Shown piece after piece: positions 49,134 through 59,550 of a stretch of 64,000 nucleotides of DNA; the stretch's first letter is position 1; each line of letters begins with the position of its first letter. Source of the DNA: an uncultured bacterium (GTDB lineage Bacteria; Actinomycetota; Acidimicrobiia; Spongiisociales; UBA5794); the NCBI GenBank assembly GCA_963801165.1, contig CAWDDT010000007.1:96001-160000 (forward strand), given 5' to 3'. The translations under genes and the position numbers were made by a program. Under the pieces are notes generated by a model, which did not search any database, was not told where the DNA came from, and worked only from the letters and a program-made list of their open reading frames with translations.

Positions 49134-50084
49134 ATGTCGCGTTCCCCCGGGGCAACCGTGGGCGGCCAAGCCGTCATGGAGGGCGTGATGATGCGCGCCC
49201 CCAGCCGCTGGGCGGTCGCCTGCCGGCGTCCGGATGGGAGCATCATCACCCGTAGCAACGAGCTGCCCGGCTCGGGCGGGCGGTCCGGGCTCGCCAAGCT
49301 CCCGTTCATCAGGGGCATCCTGGTTCTCGTCGAATCTCTCTCCCTGGGCTTCAAGGCGTTGTCCTGGTCGGCCGTTCAATCCGGCGCCGACGACGAAGAG
49401 GAGTTGTCCAAGGGGCAGGTGGTCGGAACGATGGCGCTTGCGGTTGTCGTCGCACTCGCTCTCTTCATTCTGCTCCCGGCGCTGGCGGCGAACTATCTCA
49501 AGTCGTTTCTCTCTGACTCGTCGCTGGCCTTCGTCCTGATCGACGGTGTGCTCCGGCTGGCGCTGATCGTGCTCTACATCTGGGCGATCTCGCGCTCCAA
49601 GGATATCCAGCGCGTGTTCCAATATCACGGTGCGGAGCACAAGACGATCCACGCATATGAGAATGGGGACCCGCTGACGATTGAGGCGATCCAGCCGTAT
49701 AGCCCGAGGCATCCCCGCTGCGGCACCTCGTTCATTCTGATCGTCGCCATGGTGGCATTCTTCGTGTTTCTGTTTCTTGCGCTGGCCAAGTGGTCGCTTC
49801 TGTGGCAGATCGCGTCCCGGGTGCTTCTGATCCCTTTGATCGCGGGTCTTTCTTACGAGGTGCTCAAGCTGGGAGCCAACAGCCGCTGGATGTCGTGGGC
49901 AAACCGCCCCGGCATCTGGCTACAGCTCATCACAACCAAGGAGCCTTCAGACGACATGGTCGAGGTGGCCGTCGCCAGCCTGCTCTCCGCCCTAACCGCA
50001 GAAGAGCACGCGGAGGTCGCTGCCCGGGGCCCGATCGTGGCCGGAGCCCTCGAGGCGGAGCGGGAAGTCGCCACCGATGGATGA
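49134..50084 (+). CDS. DUF1385 family membrane protein
   Basis: VGGQAVMEGVMM, FQYHGAEHK, HPRCGTSF, TTKEP. Confidence 0.92.
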   Translation: MSRSPGATVGGQAVMEGVMMRAPSRWAVACRRPDGSIITRSNELPGSGGRSGLAKLPFIRGILVLVESLSLGFKALSWSAVQSGADDEEELSKGQVVGTMALAVVVALALFILLPALAANYLKSFLSDSSLAFVLIDGVLRLALIVLYIWAISRSKDIQRVFQYHGAEHKTIHAYENGDPLTIEAIQPYSPRHPRCGTSFILIVAMVAFFVFLFLALAKWSLLWQIASRVLLIPLIAGLSYEVLKLGANSRWMSWANRPGIWLQLITTKEPSDDMVEVAVASLLSALTAEEHAEVAARGPIVAGALEAEREVATDG

Positions 50085-51153
50085 CAGACTGGCTGCCCGG
50101 CTCGAAGAGATGAAGCAGCGGTACGCCGAGGCAATCGCCGAAATGGCAGATCCCGACGTTGTCACAGATCAGGATCGTTACCGCGACGTCTCGATCCATC
50201 AGGCCGAGCTGCGCCCCATTGTCGAGACCTTCGATGAATACCAGACGGCGCTGACGGAGATGGGGGAGGCGACCGAGATGGCGTCCGGGGAGAAAGACCC
50301 GGATATGAAGGACTACCTGGAGGGCGTGGCCGAGGAACAGCGAGCAAGGCTGAGGATGCTCGAGACCAGGTTGCGAGTGATGTTGGTGCCGAAGGACCCT
50401 AACGACGACAAGGACGTCATCATGGAGATTCGGGCGGCAGCCGGTGGTGAGGAGGCCGCGCTGTGGGGGGCGGACCTCTACCGGATGTACGAGCGATTCG
50501 CAGAACGCCGCGGTTGGAGGACCGAGTCGATCAACACCTCCGTCACCGGGGGTGGTGGGCTCAAGGACGCGACCTTCTCGGTCAAGGGCAAGGGTGCGTA
50601 CGCCCGGCTCAAGTACGAGGCAGGTCCACATCGTGTCCAACGAGTCCCCAAGACCGAGTCGCAGGGTCGTATCCACACCTCGATCGCCACTGTCGCCGTT
50701 CTTCCCGAGGTTGAAGATGTGGAGGTGGAGATCCACGAGAACGATCTCCAGATCGACACGTTTCGGTCAACCGGCCCCGGCGGCCAGTCGGTCAACACGA
50801 CGGATTCGGCGGTGCGAATCACCTATCTTCCCACCAATCTCGTGGTCACGTGCCAGGACGAGAAGTCACAGCTCCAGAACAAGCTGAAGGCGCTCCGGGT
50901 GCTCCGTGCACGCCTCTACCAGCAGCAGCTCGCCGAGCAGCATGGGGAGCAAGCCTCGGCACGCCGCTTGCAGGTAGGCACGGGGGAGCGGGCGGAGAAG
51001 ATCCGCACCTACAACTTCAAGGAGAATCGGGTCACCGACCACCGGATCGGTCTCACGATTCATTCACTACCTGAGGTCCTCGATGGGGATCTCGATGAGT
51101 TCCATACCGCCCTGATCGAGGATGAGGCGGCGGCGAGTCTCTCAGCCGGCTGA
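50077..51153 (+). CDS. prfA: Peptide chain release factor 1
   Basis: GGEEAAL, HRVQRVPKTE (PxT), GPGGQSVNTTDSAVR, RTYNF. Confidence 0.97.
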   Translation: MDDRLAARLEEMKQRYAEAIAEMADPDVVTDQDRYRDVSIHQAELRPIVETFDEYQTALTEMGEATEMASGEKDPDMKDYLEGVAEEQRARLRMLETRLRVMLVPKDPNDDKDVIMEIRAAAGGEEAALWGADLYRMYERFAERRGWRTESINTSVTGGGGLKDATFSVKGKGAYARLKYEAGPHRVQRVPKTESQGRIHTSIATVAVLPEVEDVEVEIHENDLQIDTFRSTGPGGQSVNTTDSAVRITYLPTNLVVTCQDEKSQLQNKLKALRVLRARLYQQQLAEQHGEQASARRLQVGTGERAEKIRTYNFKENRVTDHRIGLTIHSLPEVLDGDLDEFHTALIEDEAAASLSAG

Positions 51154-52884
51154 TCAGGCGGATAGAGCGTCACCGGATTGGGAAGCGGCGATCGGCTGTG
51201 GCCTTGCGGTGTTCTGTGCCCGGGCCGGGAGCCGTATCCAGAAACATGCCCCGCCAAGACGCTCGGAGCGGCGGTAGCCGGTGAGACCGCCATGTGCGGT
51301 AGCAATGTCCCTGGTGATGGCGAGACCGATTCCCGAGCCGGGGACTGTGGCGTTGAGGTGGTTCGGACCTCGCGAGAACTTCTCCCAGATGACGAGCTCG
51401 TACTTGCGTGGAACGCCGGGGCCGTCGTCGTGGACTTCGAGGACGAGCGTGGACTGATCCGAGCCGACTACGAGCTCGATATTGCTACCGCCATAGCGAA
51501 TTGCATTGCCCAGCAAGCAGTTGAGAGCATGCTGTATCCGCTGGTTGTCGACGAATGCAACCGTGTTGCGATCGGCGTCCACCCGGACCATCGATGGGTC
51601 GATCTCGCCGGAGTTGACCGCCCGCCAGGCGAGCTCGTCGACGGGTACGGATTCGATGTTGAGATTCATGGCGCCGCCGCTATCGGAGGCCAGCATCATG
51701 AGGTCGCTGACCACCCTGGCCAGGTATCCCGCCTGTGCGTTGACAACCGATATCAACTCGAGTCGCTCGCCTGTGTCGACGATCGCCCCCGAGTCGAGCA
51801 GGTCGAGGAAACCGACGATCGATGTGAGCGGGGTCTTCAACTCGTGGGAGATCGAAGCCGCCAGAGTGGCACGCTGCTGCTGTAGGGATCGGCGGCTCTC
51901 CTGGATTGCGACCCCCTGGCGCGTGATAGTCAGAATCGCCACGAGGACAACAGCGTGGAGAAGGCCTTGCTCTTCGGAAGTCCCCAGGCTCGAGAATCTG
52001 ATCATCATGAGACCTACGAGTAGCAGCGCTAGACCGTATGGCAAGACCAAAGCCCATGTTGGCGAGGACGTCCGGTCGGCGTACTCACGCTCGCGCGGGG
52101 TGACACCGACGTTGTAGGCGGCGGCAAGGAACATGGACACAGCGACGATGTTCAGCCCCAACATCGGCTCAGCCTCGGCGAAACTGTGTCCGAGACCCGA
52201 TCTGAGGAATGCGTAGTCGGCCAAACCCTGTGCGATTGCTCCGACTCCGAAAAGTACCAGCCGGCGGTCGAAGCGGTAGGCGGAGCGCTTGATGACGACC
52301 ATCAGCAGCGTGACCAGCACAGCGCCGTCCAACGCCACATACGACGTCCCGACAAAGCGAGCCCAGGTGGGGGCGGTACCGAGGCCGGTGGTAACGGACC
52401 GCAAGGTGAGCGCCCAGAGGAGGCTGAAGACGGCGACTCCCCCAATCGTCCCGTCCAGCAGAAGGCGGATCCTGTGCCATTTGCTGCCTGCGGTGTGCGG
52501 AAGGGTGCCTATTCCGAGGATCCCCACTGCATACCCCGTGAGCCAGATGAGGTCGATCGGCCCAAACGTGGCGACGTCGCCACGGAGTAGCCAGATCGCG
52601 CCGTGCAGCACAACACCGCCGGCTGCCAACGAGAACCCGACCCCGACAAGCCTCCAGGCTCTTCGTTCCAGTGGGGTGAGATGCTGCGAGCGACGTATGA
52701 ACATCGATGCGGCCGCCGTCAAGCCAATGGCGATGATCGAAGCGGACAAGATGGCGGCGAGTTGATCCGGGAGAAAAGCCGCGGCGAAAACAGCCGCAGT
52801 AGTAGCGACGACAAAAGCGCGGGTCACCCACGGGCTTGTCACGGCCGTCGGTGCCCCTTCATTCCGTCCCGGCAAGGCACACAT
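51154..52884 (-). CDS. Multi-TM sensor histidine kinase (orphan)
   Basis: About 9-10 TMs, SISHELKTPL, LLGNAIRYG, DDGPGVP, GSGIGLAI; start 52884 or a downstream GTG. Confidence 0.9.
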   Translation of the reverse strand: MCALPGRNEGAPTAVTSPWVTRAFVVATTAAVFAAAFLPDQLAAILSASIIAIGLTAAASMFIRRSQHLTPLERRAWRLVGVGFSLAAGGVVLHGAIWLLRGDVATFGPIDLIWLTGYAVGILGIGTLPHTAGSKWHRIRLLLDGTIGGVAVFSLLWALTLRSVTTGLGTAPTWARFVGTSYVALDGAVLVTLLMVVIKRSAYRFDRRLVLFGVGAIAQGLADYAFLRSGLGHSFAEAEPMLGLNIVAVSMFLAAAYNVGVTPREREYADRTSSPTWALVLPYGLALLLVGLMMIRFSSLGTSEEQGLLHAVVLVAILTITRQGVAIQESRRSLQQQRATLAASISHELKTPLTSIVGFLDLLDSGAIVDTGERLELISVVNAQAGYLARVVSDLMMLASDSGGAMNLNIESVPVDELAWRAVNSGEIDPSMVRVDADRNTVAFVDNQRIQHALNCLLGNAIRYGGSNIELVVGSDQSTLVLEVHDDGPGVPRKYELVIWEKFSRGPNHLNATVPGSGIGLAITRDIATAHGGLTGYRRSERLGGACFWIRLPARAQNTARPQPIAASQSGDALSA

Positions 52885-52892
52885 CCCTACCA

Positions 52893-52920
52893 CTATCGGT
52901 AGGAAAGTCGGATGCGTTAA
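52893..52920 (-). promoter_or_regulatory. Putative sigma-28-type promoter of the kinase, overlapping the upstream gene's stop
   Basis: Minus strand TAAC-N15-ACCGATAG; ATG follows 8 nt later. Confidence 0.45.
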
Positions 52921-54200
52921 GTGTTGGCCATCGCGGTGAGCGCGTTATCTTTGCGGGCCGGGTGGTGACTAGTGCTACGCAGGTCGACGGTGATATCCGG
53001 TTCCGTCTGGTCAGGTAGGCGGCGCCGGATCGCCCGGATCAAGCCTCGCAGCTGTCCCTCAGTCTGGTTGAGCGTGACCGTGAAGCGAATTCCGCCCTGG
53101 CCGCGGGGCACCACCGGGTAGCCGGCGGGGTTGACGTAGTAGCCGTCGTCGAGAAGCCCGCGTACAAGCCGGATGATGTCCGTCACTGCTCCGACACGGA
53201 CAAACCAGATCGGGGTGGCATCGTGGCTGGGCAGGCTCAGATCGTTTTCGACGAGCAACGAGTGGGCGAGTGCGATCCTCTCGTTGAGTTCGCGTTGCCG
53301 GATCGGATGCTCGTCGGAGAGATGGAAGTCGGCTGAGGCGATCGCCGCCCCGAGCGAGGCAGGGGGGATCGGGCCGGAGAAGAGGAACGTCGGTCCGCAG
53401 TAGGCGACGGTTTTCGCCAGGTCGGCGTCCCCGAAGGCGAGTACGGCGCCGTTGGCTCCGAAGGACTTCGAGAGGCCACCGGCAATCACCATGCGATCGT
53501 GCCAGGGAACCCGGTTGAGGATTTCGCCTCGTCCGTGCACACCTTGCCAGCCGACGCCGTGGGCGTCGTCGTAGTAGAGGTGGAGGTTGGGGTACTTGTC
53601 GAGGAGCGGGTGGATGGCCTCGGCGGGGGCGATGTCGCCGTACATGGAGTAGACGCCGTCTGCGATGTACCAGATCCGGTTTGCGTGGCGATGATGCCAA
53701 ATCGCGGCATCGAGTGCGGCGACGTCATTGTGCGGGAGCGTGTCTACGAGAACGCCACGGCCCCGCAGGAGGTCCATGGCCATCTGAAGGGACGCATGGG
53801 CTTGATGATCGACGAGCGCGACGTCGCCCGGCAGGATGAGCACGGGGAGAGCGGCCAGGTGTGCCAACGTCGTCGTAGGCGCTACCGCCACACTGGCTCC
53901 GAACACCGACTCGAGTCTGGATTCGAGCTCCGAGTACAGCCCGAGAGCGGTGTATGTCGTTGACGACGAATGACCGGTTCCGTAGCGAGCGATGGCCTCG
54001 GTTGCGGCCGCGGCGAGGCGCGGGTCGCGGTTGAGGCCGAGGTATGAGCAACTACCGAAGTCGACGACCTCTTGCCCTCCGATCGTCATCATGGCACCCT
54101 CGAGGCGGTCATCTTCGGTGCGCAGCCGTCCCACGCCCATGGCAACACCTGCGTCGATACGTGATTTGGTGATGTCGAGCATCCGTTGATACCTGGACAT
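52917..54200 (-). CDS. PLP-dependent alpha-oxoamine synthase family enzyme (BioF/Kbl/SPT/CqsA-like)
   Basis: DFGSCSYLGL, DHQAHASL, DGVYSMYGD, DDAHG, LSKSFG (PLP Lys), GGIRFTVT. Confidence 0.88.
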   Translation of the reverse strand: MSRYQRMLDITKSRIDAGVAMGVGRLRTEDDRLEGAMMTIGGQEVVDFGSCSYLGLNRDPRLAAAATEAIARYGTGHSSSTTYTALGLYSELESRLESVFGASVAVAPTTTLAHLAALPVLILPGDVALVDHQAHASLQMAMDLLRGRGVLVDTLPHNDVAALDAAIWHHRHANRIWYIADGVYSMYGDIAPAEAIHPLLDKYPNLHLYYDDAHGVGWQGVHGRGEILNRVPWHDRMVIAGGLSKSFGANGAVLAFGDADLAKTVAYCGPTFLFSGPIPPASLGAAIASADFHLSDEHPIRQRELNERIALAHSLLVENDLSLPSHDATPIWFVRVGAVTDIIRLVRGLLDDGYYVNPAGYPVVPRGQGGIRFTVTLNQTEGQLRGLIRAIRRRLPDQTEPDITVDLRSTSHHPARKDNALTAMANT

Positions 54201-54290
54201 GAGCCCTCCGGTTGGCTATTTGACATCTTCACTTATTGTGGTTGACCATACACAGAAAGCAGCATCCTTGAAAAACGAGAGCAGGTCGAT

Positions 54291-55121
54291 GTGCGTTTCA
54301 CCGGTCTGGAGCTGATACAGGCGGCGGCAATCCCCGACCATGAGGCGCGCCGGTTGCTGCTGTCGGTTGCCGGCGAATCGCCCCCCTGGCTGATCGGGGA
54401 TCCGGCGGTACCCGACGCCGTGGTTGCCGGGTTCGAGGAGGCAGTGCGGCGGCGTCTCGCCGGCGAGCCGATTCAGTACATCGAGGGAAGATCTCAATTC
54501 GGTCCCATAGAGCTTCGCATCGACCACCGCGCTCTGATCCCAAGGCCCGAGACGGAGTATCTGTACGAGATCTGTCTCGAGATCCTGGAGCAAGAGCGCA
54601 CCCCGACGATTGTCGACCTGTGTACCGGCAGCGGTGCCCTCGCTCTGGCTCTGAAGTACGCTCGCCCGGACGCGATGGTCGTCGGGACCGACATCTCGCA
54701 GCCGGCCCTGACCCTCGCCAGATCGAATGCCGACGTGCTCGGTCTCGATGTCGGCTTCAGACATGGCGACCTGTTTGCCGCCCTTCCGCAGAAGCTGCGT
54801 GGATCGTGTGACCTGATTGTGTCCAATCCGCCATATGTATCGGAGACCGAGTTTGCAGACCTGCCGGTCGAGATATCGAGGCACGAACCGCGCCGGGCCC
54901 TTGTCGCCGGCGCCGACGGGCTCGATGTGCTGCGCATGATGGCCGAAGGGGCAATGGTGTGGCTGAGAGCAGGGGGCAATCTCATTTGCGAGATTGGCGA
55001 AACGCAGGGCGACAGTTGTCTCGACTTGTTCACCTCGTATGCCCCGGAGATAATCCCCGACCTCACCGGGCGCCCGCGCTACGTTCGGGGACGTGCTCCA
55101 CAGTTGCCGAAACTGCACTAG
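54291..55121 (+). CDS. prmC: Release factor glutamine methyltransferase
   Basis: GEPIQYI, LIPRPETE, VDLCTGSG, VSNPPY. Confidence 0.94.
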   Translation: MRFTGLELIQAAAIPDHEARRLLLSVAGESPPWLIGDPAVPDAVVAGFEEAVRRRLAGEPIQYIEGRSQFGPIELRIDHRALIPRPETEYLYEICLEILEQERTPTIVDLCTGSGALALALKYARPDAMVVGTDISQPALTLARSNADVLGLDVGFRHGDLFAALPQKLRGSCDLIVSNPPYVSETEFADLPVEISRHEPRRALVAGADGLDVLRMMAEGAMVWLRAGGNLICEIGETQGDSCLDLFTSYAPEIIPDLTGRPRYVRGRAPQLPKLH

Positions 55122-55151
55122 GTTGAATCCATACCGTTGAAGGGGAACAGA

Positions 55152-55715
55152 ATGTCGATCGAGCAAGCTGTTGCAGCACTCAAACGGGGCGAGATCGTCG
55201 GAGTGCCTACGGACACGCTTTACGGTCTGGCGGCAGATCCTTTCCGGGAAGATGCGCTGAGCGCCATCTTCGAGCTCAAGGGTCGTCCCACCAACAAACC
55301 ACTGGCGATTCTGGTGTCATCGCTGGAGCAAGGGATGACGATCGCCTCGCTCTCCGATCGTGCCCTGGATCTAGCGGACCTGCATTGGCCCGGTGCGCTG
55401 ACTCTGGTCCTGCCCAGGCTGCCCTCCGCCCCGCCCTGGCTTGGCCACTCCGGGCGGCGCACCGTTGGTCTTCGGTGTCCCGACCATCCGGTGGCTCTCG
55501 AGCTACTCAAGCGGTACGGGCCGCTTGCGGTGACTTCGGCGAACCTGTCCGGCCATGAATCGGTCCTCAACGACCTCGACGCTCGCGATCTCTTTGGCGA
55601 CGCGGTGTCCGTGTACCTCGAGGGCAAGGCGAAGGGGGGCCAAGCGTCCACGATCATCGATCTGACCGAACCCTCGCCACTAGTCCTCCGCGACGGCCCC
55701 GTCCGCAACCTCTAG
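55152..55715 (+). CDS. tsaC: L-threonylcarbamoyladenylate synthase (TsaC/Sua5)
   Basis: PTDTLYGL, KGRP, WPGALTLV, TSANLSG. Confidence 0.93.
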   Translation: MSIEQAVAALKRGEIVGVPTDTLYGLAADPFREDALSAIFELKGRPTNKPLAILVSSLEQGMTIASLSDRALDLADLHWPGALTLVLPRLPSAPPWLGHSGRRTVGLRCPDHPVALELLKRYGPLAVTSANLSGHESVLNDLDARDLFGDAVSVYLEGKAKGGQASTIIDLTEPSPLVLRDGPVRNL

Positions 55716-56140
55716 TCTCTTTTCCTCTCCCTTTGGGAGAGGTGCCGAGTGCAGCGAAGGCGTGGCCGATTCTTTCCCTCTCCCTCTGGGAGAGGTGCCG
55801 AGCGCAGCGAAGGCGGTGAGGGCCGATTCTTTCCCTCTCCCTTTGGGAGGGTGCCGAGTGCAGCGAAGGCGGTGAGGGCCTTGTGTATGAGATGTCGCCC
55901 CCCCGATCGGTTGCCGTGCAGGATGCGACGTGCCCGATTCTTTCCCTCTCCCTTTGGGAGGGTGCCGAGTGCAGCGAAGGCGGTGAGGGCCTTGTGTATG
56001 AGATGTCGCCCCCCCGATCGGTTGCCGTGCAGGATGCGACGTGCCCGATTCTTTCCCTCTCCCTTTGGGAGAGGTGCCGAGCGCAGCGAAGGCGGTGAGG
56101 GCCTTGTGAACGAGATGGTCGCCCCCCCGATCGGTTGCCG
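55716..56140. repeat. REP-like palindromic tandem repeat array (A-A-A-B-A-B-A-B')
   Basis: Unit A of about 57 bp (CCGATTCTTTCCCTCTCCCTTTGGGAG(A)GGTGCCGAGYGCAGCGAAGGCGGTGAGGGC) at about 55716, 55766, 55823, 55934 and 56045; unit B 54 bp; A+B period 111 bp. Confidence 0.92.
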
Positions 56141-56248
56141 GGCACCAATTCTCCCGGTAGCCGGGTCCGCGGGATGGGTAGCTGGCTTTGTGGTGAGGTC
56201 GTCCGTCACTGCTAGCCTCGCTCGGAACGCTCGCATGAGGAATCGTCG

Positions 56249-57520
56249 ATGTCGGACATGAGGCCAATCGAGAAAGTCGACCCGCAACTCGCCGGGCTGA
56301 TCGCAGAGGAAGTTGCACGGCAGCGTGCGCAGATCCAACTGATCGCATCCGAGAACTACATCACTTATGCGACCATGCAGGCGTCATCGTCGGTGCTGTC
56401 CAACAAGTACTCCGAGGGCTACCCGGGCCGTCGCTACTACGAGGGCTGTCAGGTAGTCGACAAGGTCGAGACGTTGGCGATCGATCGGGCCAAGCGGTTG
56501 TTCGGCGCCGAGCATGCGAACGTCCAGTCGCACAGCGGATCGCAGGCGAACATGGCCGCCTATCTGGCAGTGCTCGAGCCGGGCGACACGATTCTCGGAA
56601 TGCGGCTCGACCAGGGCGGCCATCTCACCCACGGTTCCTCGGTCAACTTCTCCGGGAAGCTCTTCAACGTCGTTGCATACGGAGTCGACAGGGACACCGA
56701 GCAGATCGATCTCGACGAGGTACGGCGGTTGGCGCACGAGCATCGTCCGAAACTGATCATCGCCGGGTACTCGGCGTACTCGCGCTACATCGATTGGGCG
56801 GCCTTCCGTCAGATCGCAGATGAGGTCGACGCCGTGTTCCTGGTGGACGCCGCCCACATCATCGGGCTCATCGCCGGAAGTGCACATCCCAACCCGGTTC
56901 CCCACGCCGACATCGTCACGGCGACGACACACAAGGCCTTGCGCGGTCCTCGCGGCGGGCTGATCCTGAGCCGGACACGGTTCGCCGACGCCATCGACAA
57001 GGCGGTGTTCCCGTTGACGCAGGGTGGTGCCATCAACAGCCAGATCGCAGCCAAGGCACTGTGCTTCGAACTGGCGAGCCGCGCCGAGTTCAAGTCGTAC
57101 GCCAATCAGATCGTCCGCAACGCCAAGGTGTTGGCCGGAGCGATGGACGACGAGGGGTTGCGGGTCGTGAGCGGGGGTACCGAGAACCACATGTTCCTGG
57201 TTGATCTACGGTCGCTCGATCCCGAGCTGACCGGCAAGGAGGCCGCCCGCTTCCTCGATGAGCACGGCGTGACACTCAACCGAAACGCCATTCCGTTCGA
57301 TCCGCGGCCTCCGTTTGTCACCAGCGGGCTGCGGCTGGGGACACCGTCTGTGACTTCCGCCGGGATGATGCAGGAGCAGATGGTTCTGCTCGGCAAGCTC
57401 ATCGTCGAGCTCCTGCGCAAGCGAATCGATCCATTTTCCGTTGATTTGTACACGGGTCAGGTTCGTGAGCTCGCTGAGGCCTTTCCGCCATACCCGGAGG
57501 GATTCCCCGGACATGCTTGA
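56249..57520 (+). CDS. glyA: Serine hydroxymethyltransferase
   Basis: [45 protein letters not shown]. Confidence 0.97.
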   Translation: MSDMRPIEKVDPQLAGLIAEEVARQRAQIQLIASENYITYATMQASSSVLSNKYSEGYPGRRYYEGCQVVDKVETLAIDRAKRLFGAEHANVQSHSGSQANMAAYLAVLEPGDTILGMRLDQGGHLTHGSSVNFSGKLFNVVAYGVDRDTEQIDLDEVRRLAHEHRPKLIIAGYSAYSRYIDWAAFRQIADEVDAVFLVDAAHIIGLIAGSAHPNPVPHADIVTATTHKALRGPRGGLILSRTRFADAIDKAVFPLTQGGAINSQIAAKALCFELASRAEFKSYANQIVRNAKVLAGAMDDEGLRVVSGGTENHMFLVDLRSLDPELTGKEAARFLDEHGVTLNRNAIPFDPRPPFVTSGLRLGTPSVTSAGMMQEQMVLLGKLIVELLRKRIDPFSVDLYTGQVRELAEAFPPYPEGFPGHA

Positions 57521-57623
57521 CCGTGGGGGGCCGCGGCGGGATGAGCGTCTCGTCCCGGCTCACCGCCGGGGGATCGACCGTGATGGATCGGCGAAGGTTG
57601 TTGCAGCCGGGGCATTGGTAGGC

Positions 57624-57653
57624 TTGCCCGCGGGAAAGGGTCGTGGGTACAGT
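57624..57653 (+). promoter_or_regulatory. Putative promoter of the atp operon
   Basis: TTGCCC-N18-TACAGT. Confidence 0.4.
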
Positions 57654-57722
57654 GGCGCCCGTTTTGCCGGGGACCACACGATCGGTGTGCCGGCAAATGC
57701 GGCGGGGACGGTGAGGCCAATC

Positions 57723-57989
57723 ATGACAAACGGTGAAGACCAGAGCGGGGGCAGCCACCTCGTTCCCGACCGGGCTGAGGTTACGGGCGCTTTCTCGCCG
57801 GGTGTCGACTTCATCTCGTCCGTTGTGGCCGGGCTGCTGCTCGGCCTCGGGTTAGACTGGTGGCTCAACACGAGGCCGGTGTTCGTGGTCATTGGCGTGG
57901 TGGCGGGGTTCATCAGCGGCTTTCTGAAGCTGTGGCGGTACTCGGCGTTGATGGAACAGCAAGCAAAGGAAAGAACACGTGGATACTGA
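57723..57989 (+). CDS. AtpZ/AtpI family protein (ATPase gene 1)
   Basis: GLLLGLGLDWWLNTRP motif, two TMs, first gene of the atp operon. Confidence 0.85.
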   Translation: MTNGEDQSGGSHLVPDRAEVTGAFSPGVDFISSVVAGLLLGLGLDWWLNTRPVFVVIGVVAGFISGFLKLWRYSALMEQQAKERTRGY

Positions 57990-58418
57990 GGCGCCCAACG
58001 ACGTCTCAACGAGGTTCGAGCCCGCTCCGGGAGCTGCCAACATCGAAGCCGCCATCGGTTATGACACCGTGAAGCGCAGCGTTGTGGTCGGCCCGTTGCT
58101 CATCGTGTTCTTCTGGATCGTCGGCGGCTGGCGCGGCGGCCTCTCCGCTGCCGGCGGAGTTGCCGTAGTTGTGGCGAATTTCGTCCTCGCCGGGCTGATC
58201 CTCTCCCGCGCCGCAGCCATATCGCTGACGCTCTATCATGCGGCCGCCTTGTTCGGTTTCTTCCTCCGTTTGGCCCTGATTACGCTCGTCATGCTCGTGA
58301 TCGCCAACCTGGTGGAGGTCGATCGGATGGCGATGGGTATGGCGGCGATCGTGAGCTATCTGGTGCTGTTGTCGTGGGAAGCGGTCGCGGTGTCGCGTGG
58401 CAAGACAAAGGAGTTGGA

Positions 58419-58428
<10 letters not shown>
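57979..58428 (+). CDS. atpI: ATP synthase subunit I
   Basis: Four TMs, position before atpB. Confidence 0.8.
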
Positions 58429-59541
<1,113 letters not shown>

Positions 59542-59550
59542 GGCGTCAGC

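Noticed and set aside
55716-56140. CRISPR array
   Set aside because: The intervening B units are identical or absent rather than unique spacers, the repeat is about 57 bp, and no cas genes are in the window.
55654-56348. Repetitive ORFs on both strands over the array
   Set aside because: They arise because the repeat periods are multiples of 3; no plausible RBS or protein family.
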